Part shown: one piece after another, positions 26,730 to 39,503 of the stretch
Position numbering within the stretch: the stretch's first letter is position 1
Layout of the letters: the number at the start of each line of letters is the position of its first letter
Origin: Podarcis vaucheri
Lineage: Eukaryota
DNA: 64,000 bases
Assembly: GCA_965113315.1 (NCBI GenBank)
Contig: OZ220373.1
Direction: 5' to 3' (one strand)
The notes under the pieces: generated by a model
Seen by the model: the letters and a program-made list of their open reading frames with translations, nothing else
What the model was told of the DNA's origin: nothing
Database searches by the model: none
Made by a program: the position numbers and the translations under genes

Positions 26730-28147
26730 TTTAGAGCCAAATCATGGATTGGCTCCGCCTTACATTTGAACCCAGGCCTCTGGCTTGTTTCTCTCCAAAC
26801 AAACCATGAATGGTAGTGCCAAGAATAAAGCTTGGTTACAGCTTGTGCTTTGTTTTGAGCCTTGAACAAAACAAACCACGAACCAAAGTTTGGGCATAAC
26901 GCTAAGCCAAACCGTGGTTTGATTCTGCAGGACCTGTGAAGAGTAAAGCAGATGCGATTTTTACACACTTGCTTATCCATGGTTTGTCTTATTGTTACGT
27001 GCAAACTGGACCATTGTTTTAAGCCATGTTTTATTTTGTAAACTGAGACGCTAATTTATTGTATTTTCATCTGCTAGAAAGGATAAATTTTTATGCTGCA
27101 TTTTAGTGGGGCTTTTTAACGTGGTTTTTAAATTATTACCTTGCATTTTAATACTTCTTGTTTTGTAAGCCACCCAGGGAATGTGTGTTGATGGACAACA
27201 TATAAACCTTGTAGTAATACAAAAATAAAAGTAAACACAGCACAGGCAACATTACAAGTCAAGGTAGGAGTCCAGCCTTAAATATATATTTTTAGTGTTC
27301 ACCATGAGTCTCATCATTCATTTATTTATTACATCTTAACAGTATTTATATGCTACCCAATACCCAAGTTCTCTGAGTAGCTTACAACAGTAATAACATT
27401 ACTTAAAAAGTAAATGAAATATGCAGCATGCTGTCAATTCTAGGTTGCCAGTCACTAATACAACTGCACAAAATGTGGCAATATTTTAAATACATAATTC
27501 TCTTTTCATATGTGTTCCCTAGAAAGGCAGGAAAAAAATTAGAACCAAGTACATACTGCTTTGTGTCAAAATGCAGACTGGAAGTTACGAATGAATGAAA
27601 TATGCAACATGAATCAGTACTAGGCTGAGTTGAAGTGTTTGGTGCTAAAGTGCTGAAATCTCTCAAGTCAGGCATGAAGAACCTTTTTGGCTTATAAGGA
27701 TCTAACCTCATGGGCTAAAATTGACAGGTGTACAGGGCTGCTCATTTGTCAGTCACGTGATGTCACAATGCCATCAGGTGATTGGGTGATTTGAAGTCCC
27801 AAAGACAAGATTTCAAAGCACTGTGCACAGCTAAATCCTGCACACCTGATTCAGCAGGCTTTGGCTGTGCCATAGAGTCAGAGCCTGGATTCCCTCACCA
27901 ATGCACAATCGGAAGTGCACTTTAAGCTCGTTGGCAGCTGCACTTCTACAGGCCCTACACCTGATGTCACATATAATGTCATTTATGGGTCAGGTGACCG
28001 TGGTTTAGGTAAAAGGGGCCAAAATTGAACCGCTGGAGGTTCCTCACTCCTCTCTTAAATAATATTTCCCTTGCATCATCAGTAGATTATTTTTTTCAAG
28101 ACCAACTTCAACAGTTTACATTTTGATGTGTCGTGAGCTATGTTGTA

Positions 28148-28497
28148 AAGGTAAAGGGACCCCTGACCATTAGGTCCAGTCGTGGCTGACTCTGGGGTTG
28201 CGGCGCTCATCTCGCTTTATTGGCCGAGGGAGCCAGCGTACAGCTTCCGGGTCATGTGGCCAGCATGACTAAGCCGCTTCTGGCGAACCACAGCAGCGCA
28301 TGGAAACACTGTTTACCTTCCCGCCGGAGCGGTACCTATTTATCTACTTGCACTTTGACGTGCTTTCGAACTGCTAGGTTGGCAGGAGCAGGAAACAAGC
28401 AAAGGGAGCTCACCCTGTTGCGGGGATTCAAACCTCCTACCTTCCGATCGGCAAGCCCTAGGCTCTGTGGTTTAACCCACAGCACCACCCGCGTCCC
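28148..28497 (-). mobile_element. Sauria (Squam1) SINE
   Basis: Full length; 14-bp TSD TGAGCTATGTTGTA (28134-28147, 28499-28512). Confidence 0.93.
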
Positions 28498-30853
28498 TTG
28501 AGCTATGTTGTACTGTTGGTTTAATGTTGTAATTGCTTTTTTTCTTTTTTCTTTTACTTTGGTTATCAATTGATCCAGGACTTCTTTTTAGTGGAAAGCA
28601 ATGTAGAAAATGTAATATACCTAAACCCTTTAAAGTATAAGAAGTTCTGAATGTTGATGATGGGTGCCAAGGATATTACATTTAAAACAAAAATTAAAGT
28701 ATAGCAAAATTTCCAGTCAGCGGTACTCTTTCACAGCATTGTTATATACTTATTTGTTGAATGGTTTAAAAGATACACACAAAAGTATATTGAGGCTTTT
28801 CTTCTGTGACTTTCTGTGAACAGTTTTGGGCAACGTAGTGTCTACGCTAACCAGTGCCAAATCTCGACTGACAGTTGAGCAAAGATCCAAGTTTTATTTG
28901 TATAGCGTGAAGAGGAAACTTCCAGTAATATTTTCTAACGTTTGTGTGTGTTTGCTTTTCAGAATTGTGTGTTAGTAGCATTGATTCAGTTTGCAGGTGA
29001 TAAACTAGGAGGTTGAGACACTACAGTAAGTTGTTGTTTAGAAATGGGTCCCTCTTCTGTTGCTCTCTGTTTCAAGGCCGACAGAACATTTTACAAATCT
29101 TTCTCTTTCCTTTTAGCATATTATGGTGTGTGTTTTTTATAGAGAGAGGAGCAATGGGAATCATGGCAGAAAGAACTCCTTTTCCAGGACTTCTATTTTT
29201 TTATTCACTACCCCATTCCCAGCATTGCTTTGTTCCCTCCACTAGAGCTAAGACTAGTCTCTCATACAAATTACTGGTCCTTTGTAAGTTTCCCCAGATT
29301 GCTAGAATAGGGGCTTTTTCTACTGAAGAGAGAAGGCGGCACTGAGGTAGACATGCTGGCCCCAGTGATTTTATGGCTGTTAATAGCCACTTTTAAGGGT
29401 ATGCATTGGGCAGTGTGTTTGCTTATGAAAATTCAGTATGCCAGGCCCAAGTTCCCTGAAATAGTTGGGCCGGTGGTCAAATCCAATCCTTGTAGTTCCT
29501 GTTTTCTTTCCTGCCTTCAACCGAAGATGCATATAAAGCACATCTTAAACCACTTGGGGGGAAAGAAGTGTCATTTTAATTTGTTTAATCTTTTGGTCTG
29601 GCATGGTCACAACTGATTTTATACACCCGTTATAATAATAAATCACTTTACAGAAGGTCCAAGTCTAACCTTTGTACACATCTTATTCTGAAACTCTTAT
29701 CTGTTATAAAATAAAGGTTATGCGAGTGGGTATTTTAGCAGTATCCAGTGTGTGAGAATGTCCTTGGGACCTACTTAGTTGCTTGTTCCTCCTCTTGCTT
29801 CAAACATAGCTGAAGAAACCTTTTTATTATTTTTAACCTTTCTGGAAAGCCAGAGTTCATTCTGAGCTCCCCTGACTTTCTTCCTGTAACTGTTGGGGAT
29901 GGGGGTGGGTTGGGGGGGGGGCAGGCCAGCTCCTTATACTGGCTGTGGCAAGTGATGTATTTAATGTATGTGTCATGTTACATCCATGTCTGAATAGGCA
30001 AGAAAAATACTATATCAAAGGAAAAGGATTACCTTTTACAATATTTTGCTTAGCATTCTGAAAAGCTCCAAAAAATTTCCACCTTAAATCAACATACATT
30101 TTACATTATCCTTGTTTAATGTGGATATACCAAGTAAGCTTATTTTAAAGAGCACCACCCCACAGTTTAATAAACCATTCATTTACCTTGGGGTTCCAAT
30201 GTTTAGTATGCAGTAGTCCGGGCACTAAAATCAGAATCTTTAGCCTTCAGAAATTATTTCCTTTTAGGTAACTTGATCAACAATGTCTACTGAAAGATTA
30301 GCTGCTAATGCAGTAGTTTTACCCGAAAAAAGTACACTGGAGTGAGTAGAATTTTCAGTGCAACCTTCAAGCAAACTGAATGGGGTTCTTGTCCCAATTT
30401 GTACCTTAATATATCTCTTAATTGGGCTGGAGTGTACTTTGTGTGTATGCGTGTGTTTGCCATCAATTTGTTTCCTGCACCTCCTTCCGTAGTCAGTTGT
30501 GCCAAGAAGAAGTTCTTCCATACAGATCGATAAAGCAACACACCAGGATCAATACAACAGTGACAGCTTTTCTACAGGGATAGTTGGGCCACTGTGGTAT
30601 AGAGAACAGTGTGCTGCACCTGAGTTGGGGAGACATGAAGTGTACTTTTGGACAGGTCATTCCCTCGTGGCCTAACCCACCTGCCGGAGTTAGTTGCGGT
30701 GCATCTCTATGTCCTTCTTCAGCTCTGGACGGGATGCAAGTGTGATAGAAAACAGGGCTACGTAGCTAGAAGCAAATGCAGAGGCACAATCAGTGTAGGA
30801 AGACATCACATGCATGCTTTTTTTGACTCAAGTAGACCATCAGGTTGGATATA

Positions 30854-31549
30854 AAGGTAAGGTAAAGAGCCCCCTGACCATTAGGTCCAGTCGTGACCGA
30901 CTCTGGGGTAGCAGCACTCATCTCGCTTTATTGGCCGAGGGAGCCGGCGTACAGCTTCCGGGTCATGTGGCCAGCATGACTAAGCCGCTTCTGGCAAACC
31001 AGAGCAGCACACGGAAACGCCGTTTACCTTCCCGCCAGAGTGGTACTTATTTATCTACTTGCACTTTTGACGTGTTTTTGAACTGCTGGGTTGGCAGGAG
31101 CAGGGACTGAGCAACGGGAGCTCACCCCGTTGAGGGGATTCGAACCGCCGACCTTCTGATCGGCAAGTCCTAGGCTCTGTGGTTTAACCCACAGCGAGCG
31201 CCACCCGCGTCCCTTGAGCTATGTTGTACTGTTGTTTTAATGTTGTAATTGCTTTTTTTCTTTTACTTTGGTTGTCAATTGATCCAGGACTTCTTTTTAG
31301 TGGAAAGCAATGTAGAAAATGTAATATACCTAAACCCTATAAAGTCTAAGAAGTTCTGAATGTTGATGGAAATGGCGTTTACCTTCCTGCCGGAGCAGTA
31401 CCTATTTATCTACTTGCACTTTGACGTGCTTTCGAACTGCTAGGTTGGCAGGAGCAGGAACTGAGCAATGGGAGCTCACCCCGTCGTGGGGATTCGAACC
31501 ACCGACCTTCTGATCGGCAAGTCTTAGGCTCTGTGGCCACCCGCGTCCC
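30854..31549 (-). mobile_element. Compound Sauria SINE: full SINE + 155-bp copy of the 28.5-kb flank + second SINE head
   Basis: One TSD AGGTTGGATATA (30842-30853, 31552-31563) encloses the whole structure; 31214-31368 matches 28498-28659. Confidence 0.9.
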
Positions 31550-32235
31550 ATAGGTTGGATATACATATGGAAAAAACAACAATGCCTAAAACAATGTATT
31601 TAACGCCACCATCAAACCACCATAGGCTTACTAATGCACAGAGCTGTTATCTGTTTCATCCACTGTGTCCTTTTTCCTTTTTCCTTTAGTTTACCACTGC
31701 TTTGAAGCAGCTTGGTTAATCGTTAACTTTGACTAGAACGACTGCGCGAATGGCTCTAGCAATCTCAGCATGAAAAGTTCAAAACTGTTAGATTAATTTG
31801 AGGTATTAACTCTGAGCTGATGTACTTGCTTTTAACGGCTCTGTGAGTTCAGTCACATTCACTGCCTGCACAGTCTCCCTGCAATGGAATTTGCCAGCAC
31901 TTGAAAGGACTACTGAGAAAGCTGAAATGTAATCTTGTATTTAAAAAGAAAAGCACAGCAATGAAATAATTTTCTTCCTTTGCATCTACTTTTGTTATGA
32001 CTTGGAGAACAACTTCCAGAGGAACAAATGAAGTTGCAGACCAAAAAACATCATTTCTCTCTCTCCATAATATAAATATGTATGTACTGTGAACATCTGT
32101 AGGAGTTTGTTGGAGTATTCTGCTCTTTTATGTCCCAAACTGCTTGAGTTAAAACTTTAAGAGTCATGATGCCTGAAGGAAGTGTTGCGGGTAACATCAC
32201 GTTATATGGGCTGACTCTTTTCTTCTCTTTCACAG

Positions 32236-32295
32236 AACATGGAGAAAGTGTTTGTGGAATTCAGTCATCAAGAGCTGTTTGAGTTCTATAACAAG
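32236..32295 (+). CDS. COMMD10: COMMD10 penultimate coding exon (COMM domain), NMEKVFVEFSHQELFEFYNK
   Basis: Polypyrimidine tract plus CAG acceptor (..ctctttcacag, AG at 32234-32235), 60-nt phase-0 exon, GT donor at 32296. The translation matches recalled human COMMD10 SLEKVLVEFSHKELFDFYNK. Confidence 0.96.
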
Positions 32296-32780
32296 GTCTG
32301 TACTGGTGCTTTTACAGACTTCCTAACATTTTGATAACCTTTCTTTTACCTTTAATAAGTCTTTATTACCAGTCCTTTGGTTCTAGCTGTTTTTGGTTTG
32401 CGCTTTCCTTGTAAACATGTAATAGCTTCATCCCCCAAAGCACTGCATCTCTGAGTTATGTCTCCTATAAAGCACTAACTGAATGCAGGTTTCACATTTG
32501 CCGCTGAAGTGCTTTCGAACAAGGTGATGCTTGCTATACCCTTTTAAATCTACAAACTTAACAAAAGGACAAGAGACTTTCAGTATAGCATATCTTTATT
32601 TGTGCTTATAAACATGGTGAACTCACCCAGTCAGAATAAACATTTATATAGATTGCAGATTTGCAGGAATTAATTTCGTGGGGAAACACATTCAGGATAT
32701 ATTTAATTTGCATAGTTTATTATTTCTCTTCTACTTTCCATGTTTCTAAACATTTTTCTTTTTTCTTTTCTGTTAAATAG

Positions 32781-32819
32781 TTGGAGACTATACAAGCACA
32801 GCTGGATTCTCTTACGTGA
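32781..32819 (+). CDS. COMMD10: COMMD10 terminal coding exon, LETIQAQLDSLT-stop
   Basis: Long pyrimidine tract plus TAG acceptor ending at 32780. The translation is identical to the recalled COMMD10 C-terminus LETIQAQLDSLT; TGA at 32817-32819. Confidence 0.96.
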   Translation: METIQAQLDSLT

Positions 32820-32921
32820 TACTGTGTGAAGACTTAATTTCTCCCACCACATTCCTCTCACTTCAATATTGAAGATAACTTGGCTGGCAGTGTTTGCTGA
32901 AATACTTAGTTGGCTGTTGTC

Positions 32922-32927
32922 AATAAA
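32922..32927 (+). terminator. Candidate proximal polyadenylation signal of COMMD10 (AATAAA)
   Basis: First AATAAA ~100 nt after the stop codon, followed by T-rich sequence. Actual usage is not verifiable from sequence. Confidence 0.5.
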
Positions 32928-34083
32928 TGGCTTATCTCTTCTTTGGCCAGTAACTTAAATTAAATCATTGATAGGAAAACTGAAGTTCTAATTGACTTCA
33001 TCTCCTCAGAGTGCCCAGGGTTCAAGAACATGTATCATTGAAGGGCAGAGTATGGCTACCTTGTTTTGCTGTTCTTTGAATTACTTTAAAATGTATTGTG
33101 CTCGTTTTGGTTTTGGTTACGTTTTTGCAGAGAAGATGGTAACTTAAATATTGGTGGTCCATAAATGAAATGTGTATTCTTATTGTTTTCTAAGACTGTA
33201 ACCTATTCAAAAATTCTATTTTTAGTGGGGAAACTCCTCAGACTAGATGGATGAAGGTCTTGCTTACCTTCTTACCAAACTAACAATGAATCCAAGTATA
33301 GTCCACATAAGCTTTTGAACCCTGCATATGCAGATCCCAGTCAGGGATAGTCCCTGCCTCTCCTAGTTTATAATCAAAATTAAGAAATCTAGAAATTTTA
33401 AGGACAGATTTAGTTTGAGGCACAATTTGGGTCAAGCACATGAGATGGCCTTTTCTTGCTTTTCTCCAAGTTTTATAGATTTGATACTCTGACAGAATTT
33501 ATCTTTTTACTATGCCTGTACACCCAGCTGTTCTTCCTTCAGAATGGTCTTTTATGTGATTTCCAGGCATTCTCCCACTTAAGGCAGTAACCAGGACCAG
33601 ACTCCTCAATTCTAGCTGGTATATTTCAATACCACTATTCTTTAAGACTATGCCTATTCAAGACCCTTAATTCTGCTAATGGAGATGAAATTTTTCCTTA
33701 GCTAATGAGTAATAACTATTTCCACCTGTATGCTATCATTCCCATCCTTTTCCATGAGGTCCCAGCGTGGGCTGCAACTATTTAAAAATACAGTGTTTAA
33801 AAAAACCAGTTAAAACAGATTACAATCAAGAGAACAGGGTGGGTCTTAAAATATATATCTCAGGTGTCAAAGGCAACAGTAAGGAGGTGTGCTTTAAGCA
33901 TTTGGCAAGAATTATACAATGAAGATGACAGATACACACGTGTTTGTTTGTTTTGTGTGTGTAGGGGGGGAATTCTGCAATGTGGGTACTCCTGGAGTGG
34001 ATCCCTTCTCCTGGAGTACCCCTTATTTCCCAGAAAAAAAAAATTCTGAAGGTGGTAGAACTACAAAGTGTCCTCTCTGCCGA

Positions 34084-34832
34084 TGTTGGCACCCTAAACC
34101 CCTACCTAACCTGGTGGCAAGTCAGCATGTCAAAGTTCAAAGACGAGGGGTCAATCCACACAAAGTCTAACCTGAAGCGCAGTCCCATAGAGCACCAGGC
34201 CCATCCAAGCCAAGGTCACCAACATGGGCAGTTGAGCAGACACAGCACCTCAGCTCTGCTTCCCTTTGGTACTTTGCATGCTGATTGCAGCACCTGGGCT
34301 TGATGAGGCAACTGACCCTCACCTGTTCCAAGCCGACTGCAGCTGAGGAATCACACCTCTCTTCCCAATGCTAGCAAGCCTCCAGCTAGTGAGCTGGGCT
34401 GTGGGCCCTGGCCTGCCTCAGTCTCCTGGATCGCCTCTCCTGCTGCCCCCTATACCTTAGAGCCTGCCATGTTCATGGAGAAAGGGGCCCTGCTGCTCTG
34501 GTTCCTGTGCACCGACCTTCATCCCCATGCCATTCTCCATCACCCCGTGAGTACTTCTTTCCAAATTCTCTGTATGTCCTGGTGTGTCCCAGTCCCAGCT
34601 ACACCCCTTGCCGGGATCCCCTTCCTCCTCCCTGTTGTCTTACCAGTTCATCTTTTAGACGCATGGGGCTTGTTGCTGTAACCACTAATGGTTTGCTGGT
34701 CTGGGAAGAAATAAGATGCTTGTATGGTATATTACTGAGCAGGGACAGGGACCTTTTTTCCAGCCTATGAGCTGCCTGCTCTTTTGGGCAGCCTGCCATG
34801 GACCATGTGCGTTTGGTGGGTATGGCAAGACA
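34084..34832 (-). mobile_element. Putative solo LTR-like repeat (same family as 61217-61639)
   Basis: Shares TGCACAGGAACCAGAGCAGCAGG, GGCAGGCTCTAAGGTATAGGG and GACTTGCCACCAGGT..CAACA with the 61-kb copy. TG..CA ends; no clear TSD. Confidence 0.5.
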
Positions 34833-34843
34833 CAAAAGTGGCC

Positions 34844-35100
34844 AGAGCCAGTGTGGTGTAGTGGTTAAGAGCGGTAGTCTCCTAATCTGGGGAACCGGGT
34901 TCGCGTCTCTGCTCTTCCACATGCAGCTGCTGGGTGACCTTGGGCCAGTCACACTTCTCTGAAGTCTCTCAGCCCCACTCACCTCACAGAGTGTTTGTTG
35001 TGGGGGAGGAAGGGAAAGGAGAATGTTAGCCGCTTTGAGACTCCTTAAAGGGAGTGAAAGGCGGGATATCAAATCCAAACTCTTCTTCTTCTTCTTCTTC
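34844..35100 (+). mobile_element. Squam3-like tRNA-derived SINE
   Basis: Head AGAGCCAGTGTGGTGTAGTGGTTAAGAGC, CORE-like GGGTGACCTTGGGCCAGTCAC, (TTC)n tail. Confidence 0.85.
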
Positions 35101-36039
35101 AGAGCAATAAATGTAAATTTCACCTTTGTGCAGCTTGGTTTCTACACACCCACCCTCTCGATCCTCCAGGCAGGCAGGCAAGAGGCATTACCAAGCATTG
35201 AAGGACATATTCAAACCGGGCAAAAAGGACTCGGGGTGCAAATAGAACCAGTGAGCAGTGGGGTTTGGGGGCGTACCAAAGGCTTGATAGAAAGGCAGAG
35301 AGGGCCACATTTCCCCAGGCCTGAGGTTCCCTATTGCAACGCATGCAAGAAACAAGGAAGGAGCAAAGCTGGACTGAAATCTCCATCCCAACATGCAGAG
35401 ATTTCTCAGGTTTGTAGAGAATTTTATGTGGCAAGGAGTTTACACACTCTACCCTGTGTCTGCTATCTGACGTCAAACAGTTAAGCAAAAGGTTGTGTGC
35501 AGCAGTCCTCACTTACTTGTTACTTACAACATAGTGGAGGGACCATTGTTGGAGGAACTGGACACGAAGGAAAGGGTTAATTTCCTTCATGAGTTTAATC
35601 CTTCCATGTATGAGATAAGCTAACAGGTGCAAGGTCAGCCAAGCCAGTTGCTATGACAGCGATCCAGTGCCAAGTGATTAAGGTATGTCCGGTCAGTGAG
35701 TCCGCCCGTGAGTCGGGAGTCTGTGTTACGTCTTGAATTGCTGGAGCAACTGAAATGCTTTCTACTTATCTGTATCTGTATCTGCAAAGCCTACAAGGGG
35801 TGTGTGTGTGTGTGTATCACAGAATTGTAGAGTTGGAAGGTACTCTGAGGGTCTTGTCCAACCCTCTACAGTGCAGGAATCCTACCCACAGCTGTCAACA
35901 TCAGGAACTGTATTACTGAAGCCTAACCTTGAAGTCCAACTATTTTGGACCTTAAGCTGCCTCTGTGTAGTGACTGGAACTGGGGGGAACTTTCGCTGTG
36001 TGAGTATCCCACCTTCAATTCCCAACCACCATCGCCCAA

Positions 36040-36232
36040 TAGTAGGGCATATGCTTTCTAGGGAGAGGATTCCAGGTTCAGTCCCTGCCATCTCTGGCAA
36101 AAGGGATTAGGTAGTCGGGGAAAAGGCTTTTCAGCCTTAAACCGCAGAGAGCTGCTGTCGGTCAGAGTACGCGGTACTGGCCTGGATGGATGAACAGTTG
36201 CACCTTGGTTAAGACAGCTTCCTAGGTTCCTA
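36040..36232 (+). mobile_element. Old tRNA-derived SINE
   Basis: B-box-like CCAGGTTCAGTCCC, body GAGAGCTGCTG.CGGTCAGAGTA, tail CAGCTTCCTAGGTTCCT. Confidence 0.6.
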
Positions 36233-36487
36233 TTTATTAGTGCATATTAACTCCCAATCTATGCAAAACAATTTCCCTTAGAGATGGCATGGTACATTGC
36301 CATCAACCTACCGTTGTCTTTTAGTAATTGATGTGAGGTTACTTGGCTAATTAAATATGATGGTAATAGCATGGCTACTGTTTTAAGTAAATATGATTCA
36401 GTTCTGTAGAAGAAAGGAGGAGGATGGGACGTAATGTTGGAGAAGCAGAACAGATACTGTGTCCTACAGCTTGCCAGTTTATAATTA

Positions 36488-36714
36488 CAGCGGTACCTCA
36501 GGTTACATACACTTCAGGTTACAGACGCTTCAGACTCCGCTAACCCAGAAATATTACCTTGGGTTAAGAACTTTGCTTCAGGATGAGAACAGATATCGTG
36601 CTCCGGCGGCAGCAGGAGGCCCCATTAGCTAAAGTGGTACTTCAAGTTAAGAACAGTTTCAGGTTAAGAACGGACCTCCAGAATGAATTAAGTTCTTATT
36701 CCGAGGTACCACTG
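36488..36714. mobile_element. Tc1/mariner-pogo MITE, family A
   Basis: TA-flanked TIRs; homologous to 21534-21775. Confidence 0.87.
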
Positions 36715-37605
36715 TACATGGGTATTTATGACAGAGCTGAAGCAAAAAAACAAAAAAGAATGTGCTGAACTGTAACTATGAATCATTTCCAGATTTTGCA
36801 ATGATTTATGTTCCAGGCTCAACTTACATCTTCTGAAAAGCCATCAGCAGTGTTTTTGCATTTAGTAGGCAGCAGTATAAAATCTCAATTTACTGGTGAC
36901 TTTAATTTCCTGCTAAGAGGTATATGGTTCATGATCAAAAGTAAGATAATATAACCTGAAGTCACTGAGTGGATTATATGATTCTTCTCAGTGATAAGGA
37001 TGCCAGGTATGTGTACCATTTTGCGTGCTTTGTGTTGTTGTTTTTTATGTTGCAAACCACCCTGAGATCTGCGGATGAAGGGCAGTATACACATTTAATA
37101 AAAAATAAAAAATATTTTTAAAATAATACCGTAGAGCTGAAGACAATTCCATACTTCCTGGGCATGCAGTATTGATCCATAATACACCCTTTACATATTC
37201 TGCGAAGATGCTGATACTGTAATTCCCCACATTGTCCCGGCCTAACCTAATGGGTGCTGTTACTAATTTCTGCCTGACTTGATGGCCAAAGCAGATGAGA
37301 AGCCATTCACACTACTCTCAGTTGCTTGAATGACTTAAAAGTAATTACCGGTAGCAGGCACAAGGCTCCCCCCAAAAAAATAATAATCTGGAAGTGGATG
37401 GCACCCCAGTGTGACTATGGGGGTGGGATGGTGCTAATTCCTCTGTGCTGTGGTCAAGATAAAAAAAACAACTGCACTGTAAGCCTGCTTATTTCCAAAG
37501 GAAGAAAAGGCCCATTCACATCAATGGAAGCTTTTCTTCCAATGTAAATATCAGGCATGATCCTCCTGATCAGGACCACCGAAGGGGGCAAAAAGGTAAT
37601 GCCCC

Positions 37606-38056
37606 TGTGGCGATCACACAGGGCCCCTGGAAGTTAGACGGTGGTTTGACCCTGTGCCACCACTGTGATTGCTTTCTTCGCTGCCACCACCCTGTTTCTC
37701 ACAGGGACACACGGAGTCCAGACAGTTGTTAACATTAACAAATAATCAAGTTTATTTTTAAATGCAGGAACAATTTTTCTTGTCAGTTTCTTAGATCTTG
37801 GTTCCTAACAACTTCAAACTGATTATTCCCAACTATCTATCTGACTCCACCTGACAATTCCTCTCACTCTCTCACAGTACAACTCTACCAACCCACAGAC
37901 TTATCCTCCCTCTTCCTTCTTCAACTCCCAAAATCTCAACTGACTTTCAAAACCCCCCACTCTAACTTTTACTCCCCCCTTGCATTCCCACTGGCCAATC
38001 ACATTCTCACTCATTTAACCCTTTCCTAATGACCCACCTAGGAGGCAAACGCCACA
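37606..38056 (-). mobile_element. Solo LTR (Gypsy/ERV type), 451 bp
   Basis: Termini TGTGGCG..CGCCACA, 5-bp TSD GCCCC (37601-37605, 38057-38061), AATAAA on the minus strand near 37752. Confidence 0.8.
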
Positions 38057-38865
38057 GCCCCCTACCAAGGTCTCAATTGGGATCTTCCTCCCCTCTGCTG
38101 CCCAGCTCCTGCTATTTTATTTTAAAGAGATATTTACACTATTTCTAATTGTATGAATGGTGACTTGTCTGTTTTAGCCAGGACATTCGATGAAACAGTG
38201 GCATTAGTTCCAGTATTCACTGATGACCATACAATGATAACCATCTCTCTCTCTCTTTTTGTTTTTTCTGTGTTAAGATGCTCTCTGAAAGATATAGGAA
38301 AAGTGGCATTATGCCTAAATGGCATTTCAGTGCGATTCAGAGTGTATTTCTCTGAAGTAGGAAAGTTCAGGCTGGAATTCATTTGGATTTCTTCAATCTA
38401 TAAAAACAAGGGGGATAAGGGTTTGGATACAGTGCGGCATTTCACAATATCTCAGTTTAGACAACTTGTTTTGTTTTAGTAAAATGATTCCAGAATAGAT
38501 ACACAGATGGAATGGTGTTTTCCTAATATACTCCGTTAAAACAATTCAAAACATACACACACAACCTTACTGCCTGTTATTTCTTCTGATTTCAATTGCC
38601 TCTCTTAACAAACCGTTCAGAAAACCTCCCTCAAACCATCAAATGTGTTTAATACAGAAGCTGTTTCTCCAGGTGGGCCAGGTTAGGAGAAGCTCAGCAC
38701 TTCAGATAGATTGTTTTTCCATTTAAATGGATTGCAGGCCAGTTCTGGGATCACTTAGGCCAGTGTTAGCTTGCTAGTTCTCTCCTGGTGCCCTTTTCCT
38801 GGTTGTTTCCTTTGCTTAGAAATCCTGATCTTCAAGAAATCTTTTCCACCAGAGGTTTCCCTAAA

Positions 38866-39127
38866 TTCATAGAATCAAAGAATTTTAGAGTTGACTCTAC
38901 TAAGACCCCTAGATCCCCTTTCACATGTAGTACTGGCAAACCAGGTGTCCGCCATCTTATTTGTGCTGCTGGTTTATTCCTGCCAAAGTGCAGAACTTTA
39001 CATTTGTCCCTAATCAAATTCATTTTGCTAGTTTTGGCTCAGTTCTCCAATCTGTTAAGGTCATCTTCAAACCTGTCTTTTGCGACATTGGCTATCCCTC
39101 CCAGTTTGGTGTCATCTGCAAATTTAA
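38866..39127 (-). mobile_element. Degenerate, internally deleted CR1 LINE fragment
   Basis: Minus strand reads KFADDTKLGG.., ..DKCKVLHFGRNK.., ..DLGVLV; the CR1 tail remnant CATAGAATC lies at the left end. Confidence 0.8.
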
Positions 39128-39154
39128 TGTTTCCTGTTTTGCTGCCCTGTAAGA

Positions 39155-39503
39155 ATGCGGGTGGCACTGTGGGTTAAAACCACAGAGCCTAGGACTTGCC
39201 GATCAGAAGGTCGGCGGTTCGAATCCCCGTGACGGGGTGAGCTTCCGTTGCTCGGTCCCTGCTCCTGCCAAGCTAGCAGTTCGAAAGCACGTCAAAAGTG
39301 CAAGTAGATAAATAGGTACCGGTCCGGCAAGAAGGTAAACGCCGTTTCCATGCACGGCTCTGGTTCGCCAGAAGCGGCTTAGTCATGCTGGCCACATGAC
39401 CTGGAAGCTGTACACCGGTTCCCTCGGCCAATAAAGCGAGATGCGCGCCGCACCCCCAGAGTCGGCCACGACTGGACCTAATGTTCAGGGGTCCCTTTAC
39501 CTT
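39155..39503 (+). mobile_element. Sauria (Squam1) SINE
   Basis: Full body, CCTTTACCTTT tail, short TSD TAAGAA. Confidence 0.92.

Larger units (their letters stand above)
1..32235 (+). other. COMMD10: Large COMMD10 intron preceding the penultimate exon (upstream exons outside the window)
   Basis: No upstream COMMD10 exon (e.g. LETVGWQLNLQ-like) was recognised in the window. The equivalent mammalian intron is known to be very long. Confidence 0.75.

Noticed and set aside
25980-26816. 278-aa ORF on +, the longest in the track
   Set aside because: Antisense shadow of the Bov-B RT frame. The same applies to 19672-20142 and 42669-42998.
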